Part shown: positions 46,364 to 55,805 of the stretch, piece by piece
How the letters are laid out: the number at the start of each line of letters is the position of its first letter
Position numbering within the stretch: the first letter of the stretch is position 1
Assembly: GCA_021325135.1 (NCBI GenBank)
Contig: JAJPHT010000019.1
Span: 1 to 64,000, forward strand
Direction of reading: 5' to 3'
Length of the DNA stretch: 64,000 bases
Source: Pseudomonadota bacterium
GTDB taxonomy: Archaea > Thermoplasmatota > SW-10-69-26 > JACQPN01 > JAJPHT01
The notes under the pieces: model-generated
What the model was told of the DNA's origin: nothing
Seen by the model: the letters and a program-made list of their open reading frames with translations, nothing else
Database searches by the model: none
Program-made: the position numbers and the translations under genes

Positions 46364-47434
46364 ATGCGCGCAACCATTCCCTGTGTCCTGTTGGCCGTCC
46401 TCTTGATGTCCGTCCTCTTCGTCCCCAACGCCTCGGCGGCTCCCACCGCTACCGTGGACTTGGGGACGGCGACGAGCTTCGCGATCCTGGCCGGCTCCGG
46501 CATCACGAACACCGGCACGACGACTGTCACCGGCGATGTCGGGACCTTCCCGACGACCTCAGAGACCGGCTTCGGCCCCGGAGCGAATTCCGTGGCGATC
46601 ACGGGCACCAACCACGGGGGCGATGCCGTGACCCAGAGCGCGAAAAACGACCTGGTGACCGCCTACAACGACGCCGCAGGCCGGCCCAACGCGACCCCCA
46701 TCGTGGGCGGCGAGCTGGGCGGCCTCACCCTGGTGCCTGGCGTCTATGCGGACGACAACGCGCCCGACTCGCTCGCGCTGACGGGCACCCTGACCCTGGA
46801 TGGCCAGGGCAACACCAACAGCGTCTGGATCTTCCAGTCCGGCTCGACGCTCGTCACGGCCTCCGGCAGCAACGTCGTCCTGACCAACGGCGCCCTGGCA
46901 TGCCACGTCTTCTGGCAGGTCGGCAGCAGCGCGACCCTGGGGACCGCCTCCCACCTGGAGGGCACCATCATGGCCTCGGCGAGCATCACCATCAACCACG
47001 ACGCCTCCATCACCGGCCGCGCGCTGGCCAGCAACGGCGCCGTGACGATGGACAACAACACGATCCAGAACGTTCCCTGCGGCCCGCCTGCTCCGCCGCA
47101 GAACGTCTCCTGCTCCCCCACGCCCAGCGGCGTCCACGTCCAGTGGGATGCGGTCTCGGGCGCGACGAGCTACAACGTCTACCGCGCGACGGGCAACGGG
47201 AGCTTCGCGTTCCTCGCGAACACCGTGGCGAGCCCCTACGAGGACCACACCGCCGCGGCAGGCTTGACGTACAGCTACAAGATCACCGCCGTCTCGGTGG
47301 ACGGCGAATCCGACCCCTCCGAGCCCTGCACGAGCGCAGCCGTGCCGTTCTTCCCCGGCGCGGGCGCGCTCGCGGCGGCCGTCGTGGGCAGCGGCGCCGC
47401 CATCGCGGTGATCGTCCACCGGCGGCGCAAGTGA
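46364..47434 (+). CDS. Ice-binding-like protein (DUF3494) + FnIII domain + C-terminal sorting signal
   Basis: VDLGTA.SFAILAGSGITNTG, LGGLTL.PGVY, WIFQ, VFWQVGSSATLG, GRALA; FnIII W..V.GA.SYNVYR...Y.Y.I.AV; VPFFP-TM-RRRK. Confidence 0.9.
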   Translation: MRATIPCVLLAVLLMSVLFVPNASAAPTATVDLGTATSFAILAGSGITNTGTTTVTGDVGTFPTTSETGFGPGANSVAITGTNHGGDAVTQSAKNDLVTAYNDAAGRPNATPIVGGELGGLTLVPGVYADDNAPDSLALTGTLTLDGQGNTNSVWIFQSGSTLVTASGSNVVLTNGALACHVFWQVGSSATLGTASHLEGTIMASASITINHDASITGRALASNGAVTMDNNTIQNVPCGPPAPPQNVSCSPTPSGVHVQWDAVSGATSYNVYRATGNGSFAFLANTVASPYEDHTAAAGLTYSYKITAVSVDGESDPSEPCTSAAVPFFPGAGALAAAVVGSGAAIAVIVHRRRK

Positions 47435-48213
47435 ACGGCCCGCAGCGGCGCGCCCACGCCCAAGCGTTCGTCCCCGAATGAGCCGGGACGAAGCCGCGAT
47501 GCTGCGGGCGTGGCGCTCACCGGGTCCAAGGCGCGGAGGGCGGCATCAGGCGGATCGCAAACGTCGAAGCCCCTGACGCGCCTTGGACTCCTGCAACTCG
47601 TTCTCGCGGGCAAGGCGCTGACGTGTTGCTGAGCGTCTTGGGCGCCAGCTTCCGCTTCTGGAGCGCCAAGGGGCCGTCGCGCAGCTCCGTCAACCCCGCC
47701 TTGGCGGGGTCTTTCGATCCCTCAAGCCACGGCGGGACAAGAGGAGACGGTCTCTGTGCTCCTCGGTGGCTCAAGGGGCGTGGAGGCTGAGGAGGAAGAC
47801 CATGGCGGGTGGACCCGCAGCGCAGGAGGCCCCTCGTTGCGCCCCCGAGAAAACAGGCATAAGCCTTCGCAATCGCGCTTGCCCGTCTCCGGTTCCGAAG
47901 GTCCAAATACTGCACCCAACGTCTTTCGCCTCAAGGAAGAACGAGACGCGTTGGAGACTGGTCCGCGGACGGGCCCTTCGGGGCTCCCTGGCCGGTGCCG
48001 ACCTCGTGGGTCTGCCCGCGGTGCGAATCGACGCTTCCCCCCTCTCCAGGGCAATCCCACCCACCGAACCCACCGGGGCGATCGGCGCTCCGATGGCATC
48101 CTGTCCTGTTCCGCCCCTGGAGAGGTCCCTTTCCTTCCGCGCCCCCCGATTCCCCCCATTGAGGGCCAGCCATCGCAGTCAAGGTCGCACCGTGGCATGG
48201 CCCCGCGGAAAGC

Positions 48214-48429
48214 ATGCCCCAGCCCCACGAGGAAGAGGCCCTCCAGCGCCTCAAGAGGGCGCAGGCGGCGTACGACCGCGCCAAGGCGGTGACCCGCAGC
48301 GCGCCCCCCGACGGCCCTTCGCGCGTCGCGGCGTTCGCGGCCCTGCGCGAGGCGGAGGAGGAGCTTCGGAACGCGGGCCGGGCCCTCTCGAAGGCCCGGT
48401 CGGAGCGTCAAGAGGTCGAGCGGGAGTAG
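48214..48429 (+). CDS. Small helical hypothetical protein
   Basis: 71 aa, amphipathic helices, host-like codons, converges on tfe. Confidence 0.5.
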   Translation: MPQPHEEEALQRLKRAQAAYDRAKAVTRSAPPDGPSRVAAFAALREAEEELRNAGRALSKARSERQEVERE

Positions 48430-48444
48430 AAGAGGGGAGGGCGA

Positions 48445-48960
48445 TCAGGAGGCCGTCTCGGCCTCGCGCTTCAACGCGGCGACGCGCTGGCGCAGCTGCT
48501 CCAGCTCGTTGCGGTTGTCGTGCTGCTCCAGGATCTTGCCGTGGGCGGGGCAGTGGAAGTCGGACTCGGTCGCGCGGGCAAAATCGAAGCGCTCGGCCCC
48601 TTCGGGGCAGACGAAGAACTCGTGGTTCTCCTCGTACTCCAGGGCCTTGGTGAGCTTGTCGAGGTCCTTGCGGGCGCGGTCCAGGATGTGGGCGCTGGCG
48701 TGCTGGGGGTTGATCTGCCAGTAGAAGGTGAGCCAGCCCGTCTCCTTGTCCTTCTCCTTGTGGTACTCGGCGATGCGCGCCTCGTACAGGTCGTAGAGGA
48801 CCTTGCGGATGTGGGAGGGCTTCTCGCCCAATTCCTCCGCAAGCTCCGAGTCGGTGGCCTCCTTGCGCGTGAGGAGGGCCTCCGCGATCCGGACTCCTTC
48901 GGGTCCCATGGTCTGGGCGATGTACTGCCGGACGCGTTCGGAGGGCTGCACGCGACTCAC
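48445..48960 (-). CDS. tfe: Transcription factor E (TFE alpha)
   Basis: TDSELAE, IRKVLY.LY, KDKETGW..FYW, CP...F..A....F.CP; GTG start ~28 nt after CTTTAAG. Confidence 0.93.
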   Translation of the reverse strand: MSRVQPSERVRQYIAQTMGPEGVRIAEALLTRKEATDSELAEELGEKPSHIRKVLYDLYEARIAEYHKEKDKETGWLTFYWQINPQHASAHILDRARKDLDKLTKALEYEENHEFFVCPEGAERFDFARATESDFHCPAHGKILEQHDNRNELEQLRQRVAALKREAETAS

Positions 48961-49068
48961 CTGTCCATCATCTCGTCGGCGGAGCCCCTTAAAGATTCGG
49001 ACATGGGACATTGAGCCATCCGGACCCCTCCGCGATGCGTCAGGGATGGGCAAGCGGGCTGGGCAGGA

Positions 49069-49617
49069 TCAAGACTCGTCGGATGGCGCGGCCTCGCCCC
49101 GGGGGCGGACCACCTTCCCGCGGGCGCTGGGCTCGACCTCGATCTGCCCCTGGAAGGTCTTGGCGAAGGCCGCGTCGCCCTGGACGGCGTAGAGGAACAG
49201 CGCCAGCGCGGCGACCTCGCTGTGGGGCTGGTTCCCCACGGCCACGTTCCAGTCCACCAGGTCGTACACGTCCCGCGGCACCTTCTCGGCGCCCACGACG
49301 ACGAGGAGGTCCCGGTCCTTGGGGATCTGCGGCACGACCTCCTGCATGGGGAGGCCGTACATGGTGAGGTGCACCTTCGTCCCGGGGAAGTTCTTGAGCA
49401 GCGGGCGGTAGGGCGCGCCGCTCTCGATGGCGAAGGGGCCGCCGAAGCGCTTGACCACGTCGTTGACGCCCTCCACCACGCGGTCGTCGCGCTCGGTGAC
49501 GACGACGCGCTCGCACCCCAAGGCCCGCGCGGTGAGGCAGACGTGGGTCGTGATGCGCTTGTCGCGCTCAGGCCGGTGGCCGAGCCTCAGGACGGTGATC
49601 CTCATGGGCCCGCTCAT
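49069..49617 (-). CDS. trm56: tRNA (cytidine(56)-2'-O)-methyltransferase aTrm56
   Basis: LRLGHRPERDKRITTHVCLTARALG, HLTMYG, VGAEKVP, NQPHSEVAAL. Confidence 0.96.
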   Translation of the reverse strand: MSGPMRITVLRLGHRPERDKRITTHVCLTARALGCERVVVTERDDRVVEGVNDVVKRFGGPFAIESGAPYRPLLKNFPGTKVHLTMYGLPMQEVVPQIPKDRDLLVVVGAEKVPRDVYDLVDWNVAVGNQPHSEVAALALFLYAVQGDAAFAKTFQGQIEVEPSARGKVVRPRGEAAPSDES

Positions 49618-50105
49618 TCCAGCTTCTTGACCAGGTGCCCCTTGAACTCCAGGCGCGAGGAGCGCTTGAGCAGCGACTTCAGCCGAATGAGGGGCATGTT
49701 GAACTTCTCGGCGATGGCGCGGGCGGAGAAGCCCTCGGGGGGCACCATGTTGGCCAGCTCGCCGTCGATGCCGTCGAACTTCTCCTCCGCCATGGCGGCG
49801 ACGCTGAGGATCTCGGCGATCTCCTGCACCGAGGCGCTGGTGTTGATGTGGAACGCGGTGTAGTAGGAGTGGTAGGCCTTCTCGGTCTTGCCGTCCACGG
49901 CCTCCCAGCGGGTCTCGACGAGCTTCGTCTTCTCGAAGAGCGCCAGCGCCTCCAGGCCGGGCTTGCCGAACTCCTTCTCGATGGCCGCGGCGGTGAGCCA
50001 GCCGTCGATGAGGCGTTGAAACACGTCGCGCTTCACGTCCGAATCAAAGGCCCGGAGGATGGGCACCAGATCGGTGGACTCGGAGACCACTTTGATTCGG
50101 CGCAT
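49614..50105 (-). CDS. Archaeal ArsR-like wHTH regulator (COG4860-like)
   Basis: DLVPILRAF, LVETRW, EKAYHSYY; neighbourhood with aTrm56 and TFE. Confidence 0.75.
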   Translation of the reverse strand: MRRIKVVSESTDLVPILRAFDSDVKRDVFQRLIDGWLTAAAIEKEFGKPGLEALALFEKTKLVETRWEAVDGKTEKAYHSYYTAFHINTSASVQEIAEILSVAAMAEEKFDGIDGELANMVPPEGFSARAIAEKFNMPLIRLKSLLKRSSRLEFKGHLVKKLE

Positions 50106-50261
50106 CGTGAAACAATGTCGGTTGATCGGCTTAAAGCTTCTGAGGTTGTGCTCACCGCCGGGAGGACAAAATCTCTCGGGGAAACCGCGAAGCGACCAAG
50201 CCCACGGAGCCGTGCGAGAGCGTGTCAGCGCTGACCGATCTCAATCCGGCTCCTGTGCCTC

Positions 50262-50413
50262 CTGGGGGCTGCCGCCCCCAGACCCCCGCGAGACCCGAAT
50301 CTCCGAATCCCGGAATCACCGGCCGGGAAACAACTCAGGAGCGTCTTCGCGGCGCTGATTCGGAGATTCCGAGATTCGGGTGTTGTGGGGGTTTGGGGGA
50401 CGGAGTCCCCCAA
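50262..50413. repeat. Composite palindrome with GAATC-periodic arms and flanking GC hairpins
   Basis: ACCCGAATCTCCGAATCCCGGAATCA...TGATTCGGAGATTCCGAGATTCGGGT flanked by CTGGGGGC..GCCCCCAG and TTGGGGGAC..GTCCCCCAA. Confidence 0.8.
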
Positions 50414-50464
50414 GAGAAGCGAGAAGAGGAGAACGCGAGAGCGGTGACCACCGCGGAGCCCCGC

Positions 50465-51145
50465 TCACGCCCGCTGCCCGATCTCGATGCGCACCGTGAC
50501 CTCGGCGCCGTCGGCCAGCTCCAGCTTCTCGCGCAGGAAGTGGGGCGAGATCAGCTCGATGACGTTGGTGTGGTGGCTGCGCAGGGGGAAGATGGCCGCG
50601 GCCTCCACGCCCTGGATCTCGGCGCGGAAGCACTTCACGGCGCCGAAGGTGCGCCCTTCGGCCTGGAACTCCTGGATCATGAGGCCGTCCATGTCCTTGA
50701 CCTCGGCGACCTTCTCGCGATCCAGCGGCTCGACCTCCACGTTGAGCGTGCCGGGGTAGGGGTCGAAGCCCAAGAGCTTGCCGAACGCCTTGCGATAGCC
50801 TTCGCGCCCGATGTAGTAGCGGCCTTCGCCGAGGCCCGCCACGATGCGGCCGCGCACGCTGATCCCCTCGCCGCTCTGGAAGAGGGCGCGGTAGTCGGCG
50901 TACTCGCGGCGCAGCACCTCGACGCCGCTGGGGCTCAGGCGGATGAGCTGCTTGCGCGTGCCCATGCGGCGCACGATGAGCCCCGCGTCCAGGAGCTCCA
51001 GGATCTTGCGCGAGGCCGTCTGCTGTGAGACCTGGAGCTTCTCCGCCAGCTCGCCGCTGGAGGTGTAGACGTAGTCGTGCAGGCCTCCGATCTTGGCCAG
51101 CTGCTTGAGGAGCTCCTTGTCTTCCGGGGCCGCGCCAGCGGGCAT
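50465..51145 (-). CDS. ribK: CTP-dependent riboflavin kinase with N-terminal wHTH (RbkR)
   Basis: SQQTASR HTH; GLGEGRYY, GFDPYPGTLN, ELISP..LR..L. Confidence 0.93.
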   Translation of the reverse strand: MPAGAAPEDKELLKQLAKIGGLHDYVYTSSGELAEKLQVSQQTASRKILELLDAGLIVRRMGTRKQLIRLSPSGVEVLRREYADYRALFQSGEGISVRGRIVAGLGEGRYYIGREGYRKAFGKLLGFDPYPGTLNVEVEPLDREKVAEVKDMDGLMIQEFQAEGRTFGAVKCFRAEIQGVEAAAIFPLRSHHTNVIELISPHFLREKLELADGAEVTVRIEIGQRA

Positions 51146-51241
51146 GTCGGGACGCGCAACGCGGCTCCCCGTTCTTAAGGCCGCGGGCCCCCCGCCCGGG
51201 ACCACGGAAGGTTCATCAGGGAGGATCGAGTGGGGGCGCCC

Positions 51242-52252
51242 ATGCCGGGAGACGCCACGCCCAAGGTCCGCCAGGAGGCGCGCGTCTCCCCCCGCTCGCT
51301 GGACCGCATCCCCACGGTGCGCTTCGCCGACGAGATCATCGAGTCGGCCTTCCACCGCGCGGCCAAGATCACCATCCCCAACGCGGACGCCTTCATCCGG
51401 ACCAAGCAGACGGAGATGGCCCGCGTCCGCAGCGTGCAGAACACCGTCGCCGCCGCGCTCCAGACCTACGTCAAGCGCTTCCCCAGCTTCGACGGCCTGC
51501 CCCCCTTCTACCAGGAGCTCGCCGCGGTCCTCTGCGACATGGACGCGGTCCGCAAGGCGCTGGGCGCCATCGACTGGGCCTCCAAGCGCGTGGACGAGGT
51601 GGGCGACGAGGCCGTGCCGCAGATCAAGAAGGCGCGCCACGGCGACGAGGTGCGCGTCGCCAAGACCCACGCCTACGGCCGCATCGCGAGCCTGGTCAAG
51701 CAGGTGGACAAGCACCTGCACACGCTCGACGAGGCGCGCAACAACCTGCGCCGGCTCCCCATGCTGGAGGTGTCCATGCCCACCATCGTGATCGCGGGCT
51801 ACCCCAACGTGGGCAAGAGCAGCCTCGTGCGGAAGGTGAGCACCGGCACGCCCGAGGTCGCCAACTACCCGTTCACCACCAAGGGCATCGTGGTGGGCCA
51901 CTTCGAGCACAAGTTCCAGAAGCACCAGATCGTCGACACGCCGGGCCTGCTGGACCGCTCCATGGACGACCGCAACGCCATCGAGATGCAGGCCATCGCG
52001 GCGCTGCGCCACCTGGCGGACGTCATCGTCTTCCTCGTGGACCCCAGCGGCCACTGCGGCTACTCGCTGGAGGCGCAGACGAAGCTCCTCCAGGACACCA
52101 AGGCCATGTTCCCCGAGACGCCCTTCGTCGTGGCCGAGAGCAAGAGCGACCTCGCGACGGCGGGCGTGGGCGAGATCGCCTTCAGCAGCGAGACGGGCGC
52201 CGGCGTCGACGACCTCATGGCGGTCGTGCTCTCGCGGCTGCGCGCGCGCTAA
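51242..52252 (+). CDS. NOG1-family GTPase
   Basis: L.PFY.EL, GYPNVGKSS, YPFTT, DTPGLLDR, D.SG.CGY, SKSD. Confidence 0.93.
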   Translation: MPGDATPKVRQEARVSPRSLDRIPTVRFADEIIESAFHRAAKITIPNADAFIRTKQTEMARVRSVQNTVAAALQTYVKRFPSFDGLPPFYQELAAVLCDMDAVRKALGAIDWASKRVDEVGDEAVPQIKKARHGDEVRVAKTHAYGRIASLVKQVDKHLHTLDEARNNLRRLPMLEVSMPTIVIAGYPNVGKSSLVRKVSTGTPEVANYPFTTKGIVVGHFEHKFQKHQIVDTPGLLDRSMDDRNAIEMQAIAALRHLADVIVFLVDPSGHCGYSLEAQTKLLQDTKAMFPETPFVVAESKSDLATAGVGEIAFSSETGAGVDDLMAVVLSRLRAR

Positions 52253-53040
52253 GGCGCCCGCCACAAGGTGAGCGCGTAGGAGAGGCGCGCCCCCTCGTGC
52301 GCGGAGACGAAGGCCCACCGCGCGCCGGCGGGCACGAAGCACTCCAGGAGGCCGTCGCGGTGGCCGCACGCGCCGCTGCCCGAGACGCCCTGGTGATCCG
52401 CGTCGGCGAACGCCACCGAGAGGCAATCGGAGCAGCCGGCGAAGCGGAGGGCGGCGAACTCGTCGCCGCGCGTCTCGCGGCCCAGGTCGATCCACGCGCC
52501 GTCGAGCCCATCGTGCCGGGAGGGGCCCAGCGCGCCGTTGACGGAGAGGCCCGCGGGCAGCCCCAGCGTGAGGTTGCCCTCGGCGCGGAGCGTGGGCCAG
52601 GGGTCGCCCTCGGCGCGGACGCTGAGGTGATAGCTTCCCACGCCCGCGCCGCAGTCGGCCCCGTTGCAGACCTCCAGGTAGAACGACCAGAGGCCCGGCT
52701 CGGTGGAGTCGAAGGAGAAGGAGCCCACGCCGAAGCCCGCGAAGGAGGGCCCCTCGCCCTCGCCGTGGTCGGGGGACCAGGCGTAGACGTTCACGGTGTC
52801 GCCCGGCGCGGTCGTGATGGCGATGGTGACGTGGACGCCCGGCGGCGCCTCGAAGCGGTACGCGTCGCGCTCGTCGCCCGTGGTGATCGCGCCAGAGCAG
52901 TCCGCGGGAAGCTGGAGGACCGCGCCCTCCTGGGGCGAGTAGGGGGCGTCCGCGCCGGTGCCGCAGTCGTCCTGCGCGTCGGCGGCCGCGGGCGGCAGGA
53001 GGACCAGGGCGGCGGCCAGGAGGGCCAGGAGCGCGCGCAC
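52249..53040 (-). CDS. Secreted protein with a PPC-like domain
   Basis: Signal peptide; QDDCGTG.DA, G.I..GD..D.Y.F, G.Y.L.V. Confidence 0.6.
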   Translation of the reverse strand: MRALLALLAAALVLLPPAAADAQDDCGTGADAPYSPQEGAVLQLPADCSGAITTGDERDAYRFEAPPGVHVTIAITTAPGDTVNVYAWSPDHGEGEGPSFAGFGVGSFSFDSTEPGLWSFYLEVCNGADCGAGVGSYHLSVRAEGDPWPTLRAEGNLTLGLPAGLSVNGALGPSRHDGLDGAWIDLGRETRGDEFAALRFAGCSDCLSVAFADADHQGVSGSGACGHRDGLLECFVPAGARWAFVSAHEGARLSYALTLWRAP

Positions 53041-53130
53041 GGCCCTGAGCCCGCCGGCAGGGGCTTCAAGGGTCGTTCGTCCCCCGCGGGGGAGCCAACC
53101 TTTTCCCCGGCCGCGGCGCTGGCGGGACCC

Positions 53131-53922
53131 ATGGACCTGGGCCTGCACGGCAAGGCGGCGGCGGTCATGGCGGCCAGCGACGGCCTGGGCTTCGCCTGCG
53201 CTCTGACGCTGGCGCGCGAGGGCGCGGACGTGGCCATCTGCGGGCGGCGCGAGGACGCGCTGCGCTCCGCGGCGAAGTCCATCGCGGACGCCACGGGACG
53301 GCGCGCGGTGCCCATCGTCGCGGACGTGTCCAAGGCGCACGACGTGGAGCGCTTCGTGAACGCCGCCGCGGCCGACCTGCGCGGGCTCGACGTGCTGGTC
53401 GTGAACGCGGGCGGACCGCCCCCGGGCCGGTTCGAGAGCCTGGACGACAAGGCGTGGCAGGCCGCGTTCGACCTCACGCTCATGAGCGCCGTGCGCGCGG
53501 TCCGCGCCGCGCTGCCCCACTTCCGCGCCGAACGCGGGGGCAGCGTCGTCGCGATCCAGTCCACGAGCATCCGCCAGCCCATCGACAACCTGCTGCTCTC
53601 CAACAGCCTGCGCCTCGCCGTCGCCGGCCTCTTCAAGTCCCTCGCCACGCAGCACGCGCCGGAGGGCATCCGGTTCAACCTCGTGCTCCCGGGCACCATG
53701 GCCACTGAGCGCTCGATGCAATTGGCCCGCGCCCGCGCGGCCGAAACCGGCGCCACCGTGGAGGAGGCGCTGGCGGACCGCGCGAGGCCCATCCCCCTGG
53801 GGCGCCTGGGGCAGCCGGAGGAGCTGGCCGACGCCGTGGCGTTCCTCGCCAGCGACCGCGCGCGTTATATCACGGGGGTCGCGCTCCAGGTGGACGGCGG
53901 GATCGTGCGCGTCCCGCTCTGA
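53131..53922 (+). CDS. Short-chain dehydrogenase/reductase
   Basis: MDLGL.GK, AASDGLG, VNAGGPPPG, LSN..R, IPLGRLG.PEE, VDGG. Confidence 0.92.
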   Translation: MDLGLHGKAAAVMAASDGLGFACALTLAREGADVAICGRREDALRSAAKSIADATGRRAVPIVADVSKAHDVERFVNAAAADLRGLDVLVVNAGGPPPGRFESLDDKAWQAAFDLTLMSAVRAVRAALPHFRAERGGSVVAIQSTSIRQPIDNLLLSNSLRLAVAGLFKSLATQHAPEGIRFNLVLPGTMATERSMQLARARAAETGATVEEALADRARPIPLGRLGQPEELADAVAFLASDRARYITGVALQVDGGIVRVPL

Positions 53923-54770
53923 TGGCCATGCGGCTCTGCGCCTACCACGAGTACGACGCCGTCGCGACCGGGTTCCTCTCGGGCGACCGCGTGGTGTCCC
54001 TGGACGACCTCAACGACGCCCTGGGCACGGACTTCGGCCCCGACCTGGACGGCGTGCTGCGCCGCGGGCAGGCCGACGCGCTGGCCAAGGCGCTGACCAC
54101 CGCGCGCGTCCCGCGCAGCGGCTGGCGCGTGGGCAACCTCCGCTTCGCGCCGCCCCTGGCGCACCCGCCCAAGATCTGGGGCATCGGCCTCAACTTCGCG
54201 GAGCACGCGGCGGACCTCGGCGCGGCGGCGCCCGAGGAACCCGGCGCCTGGATGCGCCCCGCGACGAGCCTCGCGCACCACGGCACCACCGTGCGCCTGC
54301 CCCCAGGCGTCGGGCGCGTCACCGCGGAGGGCGAGATCGGCGTCGTGCTGGGCAAGTACGCGCGCTCGCTCTCCAGCCGCGAGGCCGCGCGCGACGCCGT
54401 GCTGGGCTTCGTGCCCGTCCTCGACCTCACCGCGGAGGAGCTGCTCCTGAAGAACGTGCGCAACCTCGCGCGCGCCAAGAGCTACGAGGGCTTCTGCGTC
54501 GTGGGCCCCTTCGTCGCGACCAAGGACGAGTGGGAGCCCGCGCGCGACACGCGCATCGCGACCACCGTGGACGGAGCCACGCGCGAGGGCCGCGTCGCGC
54601 AGATGCGGCACGACCCCTACGAGCTGGTGCGCTTCTTCAGCCACGTCTTCCCCTGGGAGCCCGGCGACCTGCTGCTCACGGGGACCCCTGGCGCGCTGCC
54701 GCTGAAGGCGGGCTCCTCCATGCGGGCGGAGATCGAGGGGCTTGGCACGTTGGAGGCCCGCGCTGCGTAG
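53922..54770 (+). CDS. Fumarylacetoacetate hydrolase family protein
   Basis: KIWGIGLNF.EH, EGEIGVV, AKSY, GD..LTGTPG. Confidence 0.92.
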   Translation: MAMRLCAYHEYDAVATGFLSGDRVVSLDDLNDALGTDFGPDLDGVLRRGQADALAKALTTARVPRSGWRVGNLRFAPPLAHPPKIWGIGLNFAEHAADLGAAAPEEPGAWMRPATSLAHHGTTVRLPPGVGRVTAEGEIGVVLGKYARSLSSREAARDAVLGFVPVLDLTAEELLLKNVRNLARAKSYEGFCVVGPFVATKDEWEPARDTRIATTVDGATREGRVAQMRHDPYELVRFFSHVFPWEPGDLLLTGTPGALPLKAGSSMRAEIEGLGTLEARAA

Positions 54771-54781
54771 GTTTTCTCTTC

Positions 54782-54893
54782 GGTCAAGGGTCCAAAGAAC
54801 GCGACGAGCGCCACGAGCGCAAAGGACGCGACGAAAGAAAACTTGGCGACCTTGGCGCTCTTCGCGCTCATGGCGTTCTTTGGACCCTTGACC
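54782..54893. repeat. 21-bp perfect inverted repeat enclosing ~9-nt periodic units
   Basis: GGTCAAGGGTCCAAAGAACGC ... GCGTTCTTTGGACCCTTGACC between convergent genes. Confidence 0.85.
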
Positions 54894-54907
54894 AGGGAGC
54901 CACGCAT

Positions 54908-55726
54908 CTAGGCCGCATGCATCGCGTCGTCCACGCCCTGCGCGACCGCGCGCCGGAGGTCCTCCGCGCGGCGCATGAGCCGGCTGAGGCGCAGCTCCGG
55001 AGGGGGAGCGACGACGCGGACGCGCACGCCCTCGGGGGGTTTCGCGACGAAGTCCAGCGCGGCGTTGTAGCGCTCGTGGAGGGAGGCGAACGCGCCCGCC
55101 GCGCCGGGATAGGGGAGCGAGCCCACGAGGACGGTGCCGCGCGACGCGGGCGGGCGCCGGTAGCCCAGCGGCTTCGTGAGCACGACGGTGACGTCGTCCG
55201 CGCCCTCCAGCACCGCGCGGCGGACGGGGATGGGGTCCGCCATGCCGCCGTCGAGGTAGGGGCGCCCCTCGACGCGGACGGGCCGCGCGTAGGCGATGGG
55301 CAGCGCGGCGGTGGCCTTGAGGACGCGCAGCGGGTCGGCCTCGCGGCGCAGGTCGCGGTACTCGGCGCGGCCGGTGCGCGCGTCGGTGAGCGTGATCCAG
55401 AGGGGCGCCTCCGCGGCGCGCAGGCGGGCGAGGTCCAGCGGCACGCGGCGGGCGAACACCTCGTCCACCAGGTACTCCAGGTCCAGGTAGGGGCGCCCCA
55501 CGAGGAGGTTCCGTGCCCGGAGGAGCTTGGCGCCGTCCAGGTGCTCCTGCCAGATGCGGAGCCCCTCCGGCTGCCTGGCGTGCAGGTAGGCGGCCGAGCA
55601 CGCGCCGCTGCTGCTGGCGTACACGGCGTCGAAGCGCTCGCCGGCCGCGTCCAGGCCCACCAGGGCTCCGGCCGCGTAGGCGCCTCGCATGCCCCCTCCT
55701 TCGACCACCAGGGCGGTCCTGCTCAT
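54908..55726 (-). CDS. Patatin-like phospholipase (DUF6363-type)
   Basis: EGGGMRG, ASSSG nucleophile elbow, DGG. Confidence 0.9.
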   Translation of the reverse strand: MSRTALVVEGGGMRGAYAAGALVGLDAAGERFDAVYASSSGACSAAYLHARQPEGLRIWQEHLDGAKLLRARNLLVGRPYLDLEYLVDEVFARRVPLDLARLRAAEAPLWITLTDARTGRAEYRDLRREADPLRVLKATAALPIAYARPVRVEGRPYLDGGMADPIPVRRAVLEGADDVTVVLTKPLGYRRPPASRGTVLVGSLPYPGAAGAFASLHERYNAALDFVAKPPEGVRVRVVAPPPELRLSRLMRRAEDLRRAVAQGVDDAMHAA

Positions 55727-55805
55727 CGCGGAACCACCCGGAGGGGGCCCTTAAGGCGCGCCGATGAGGCTCAAATGCCGGTTCGGGGAGCGCGCAAGGG
55801 CACGG

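Noticed and set aside
47802-48653. ORF with a strong SD (GAGGAGG-AAGACC-ATG)
   Set aside because: Non-host codon pattern, no recognisable domain, and it overlaps the 48214 ORF and tfe antisense
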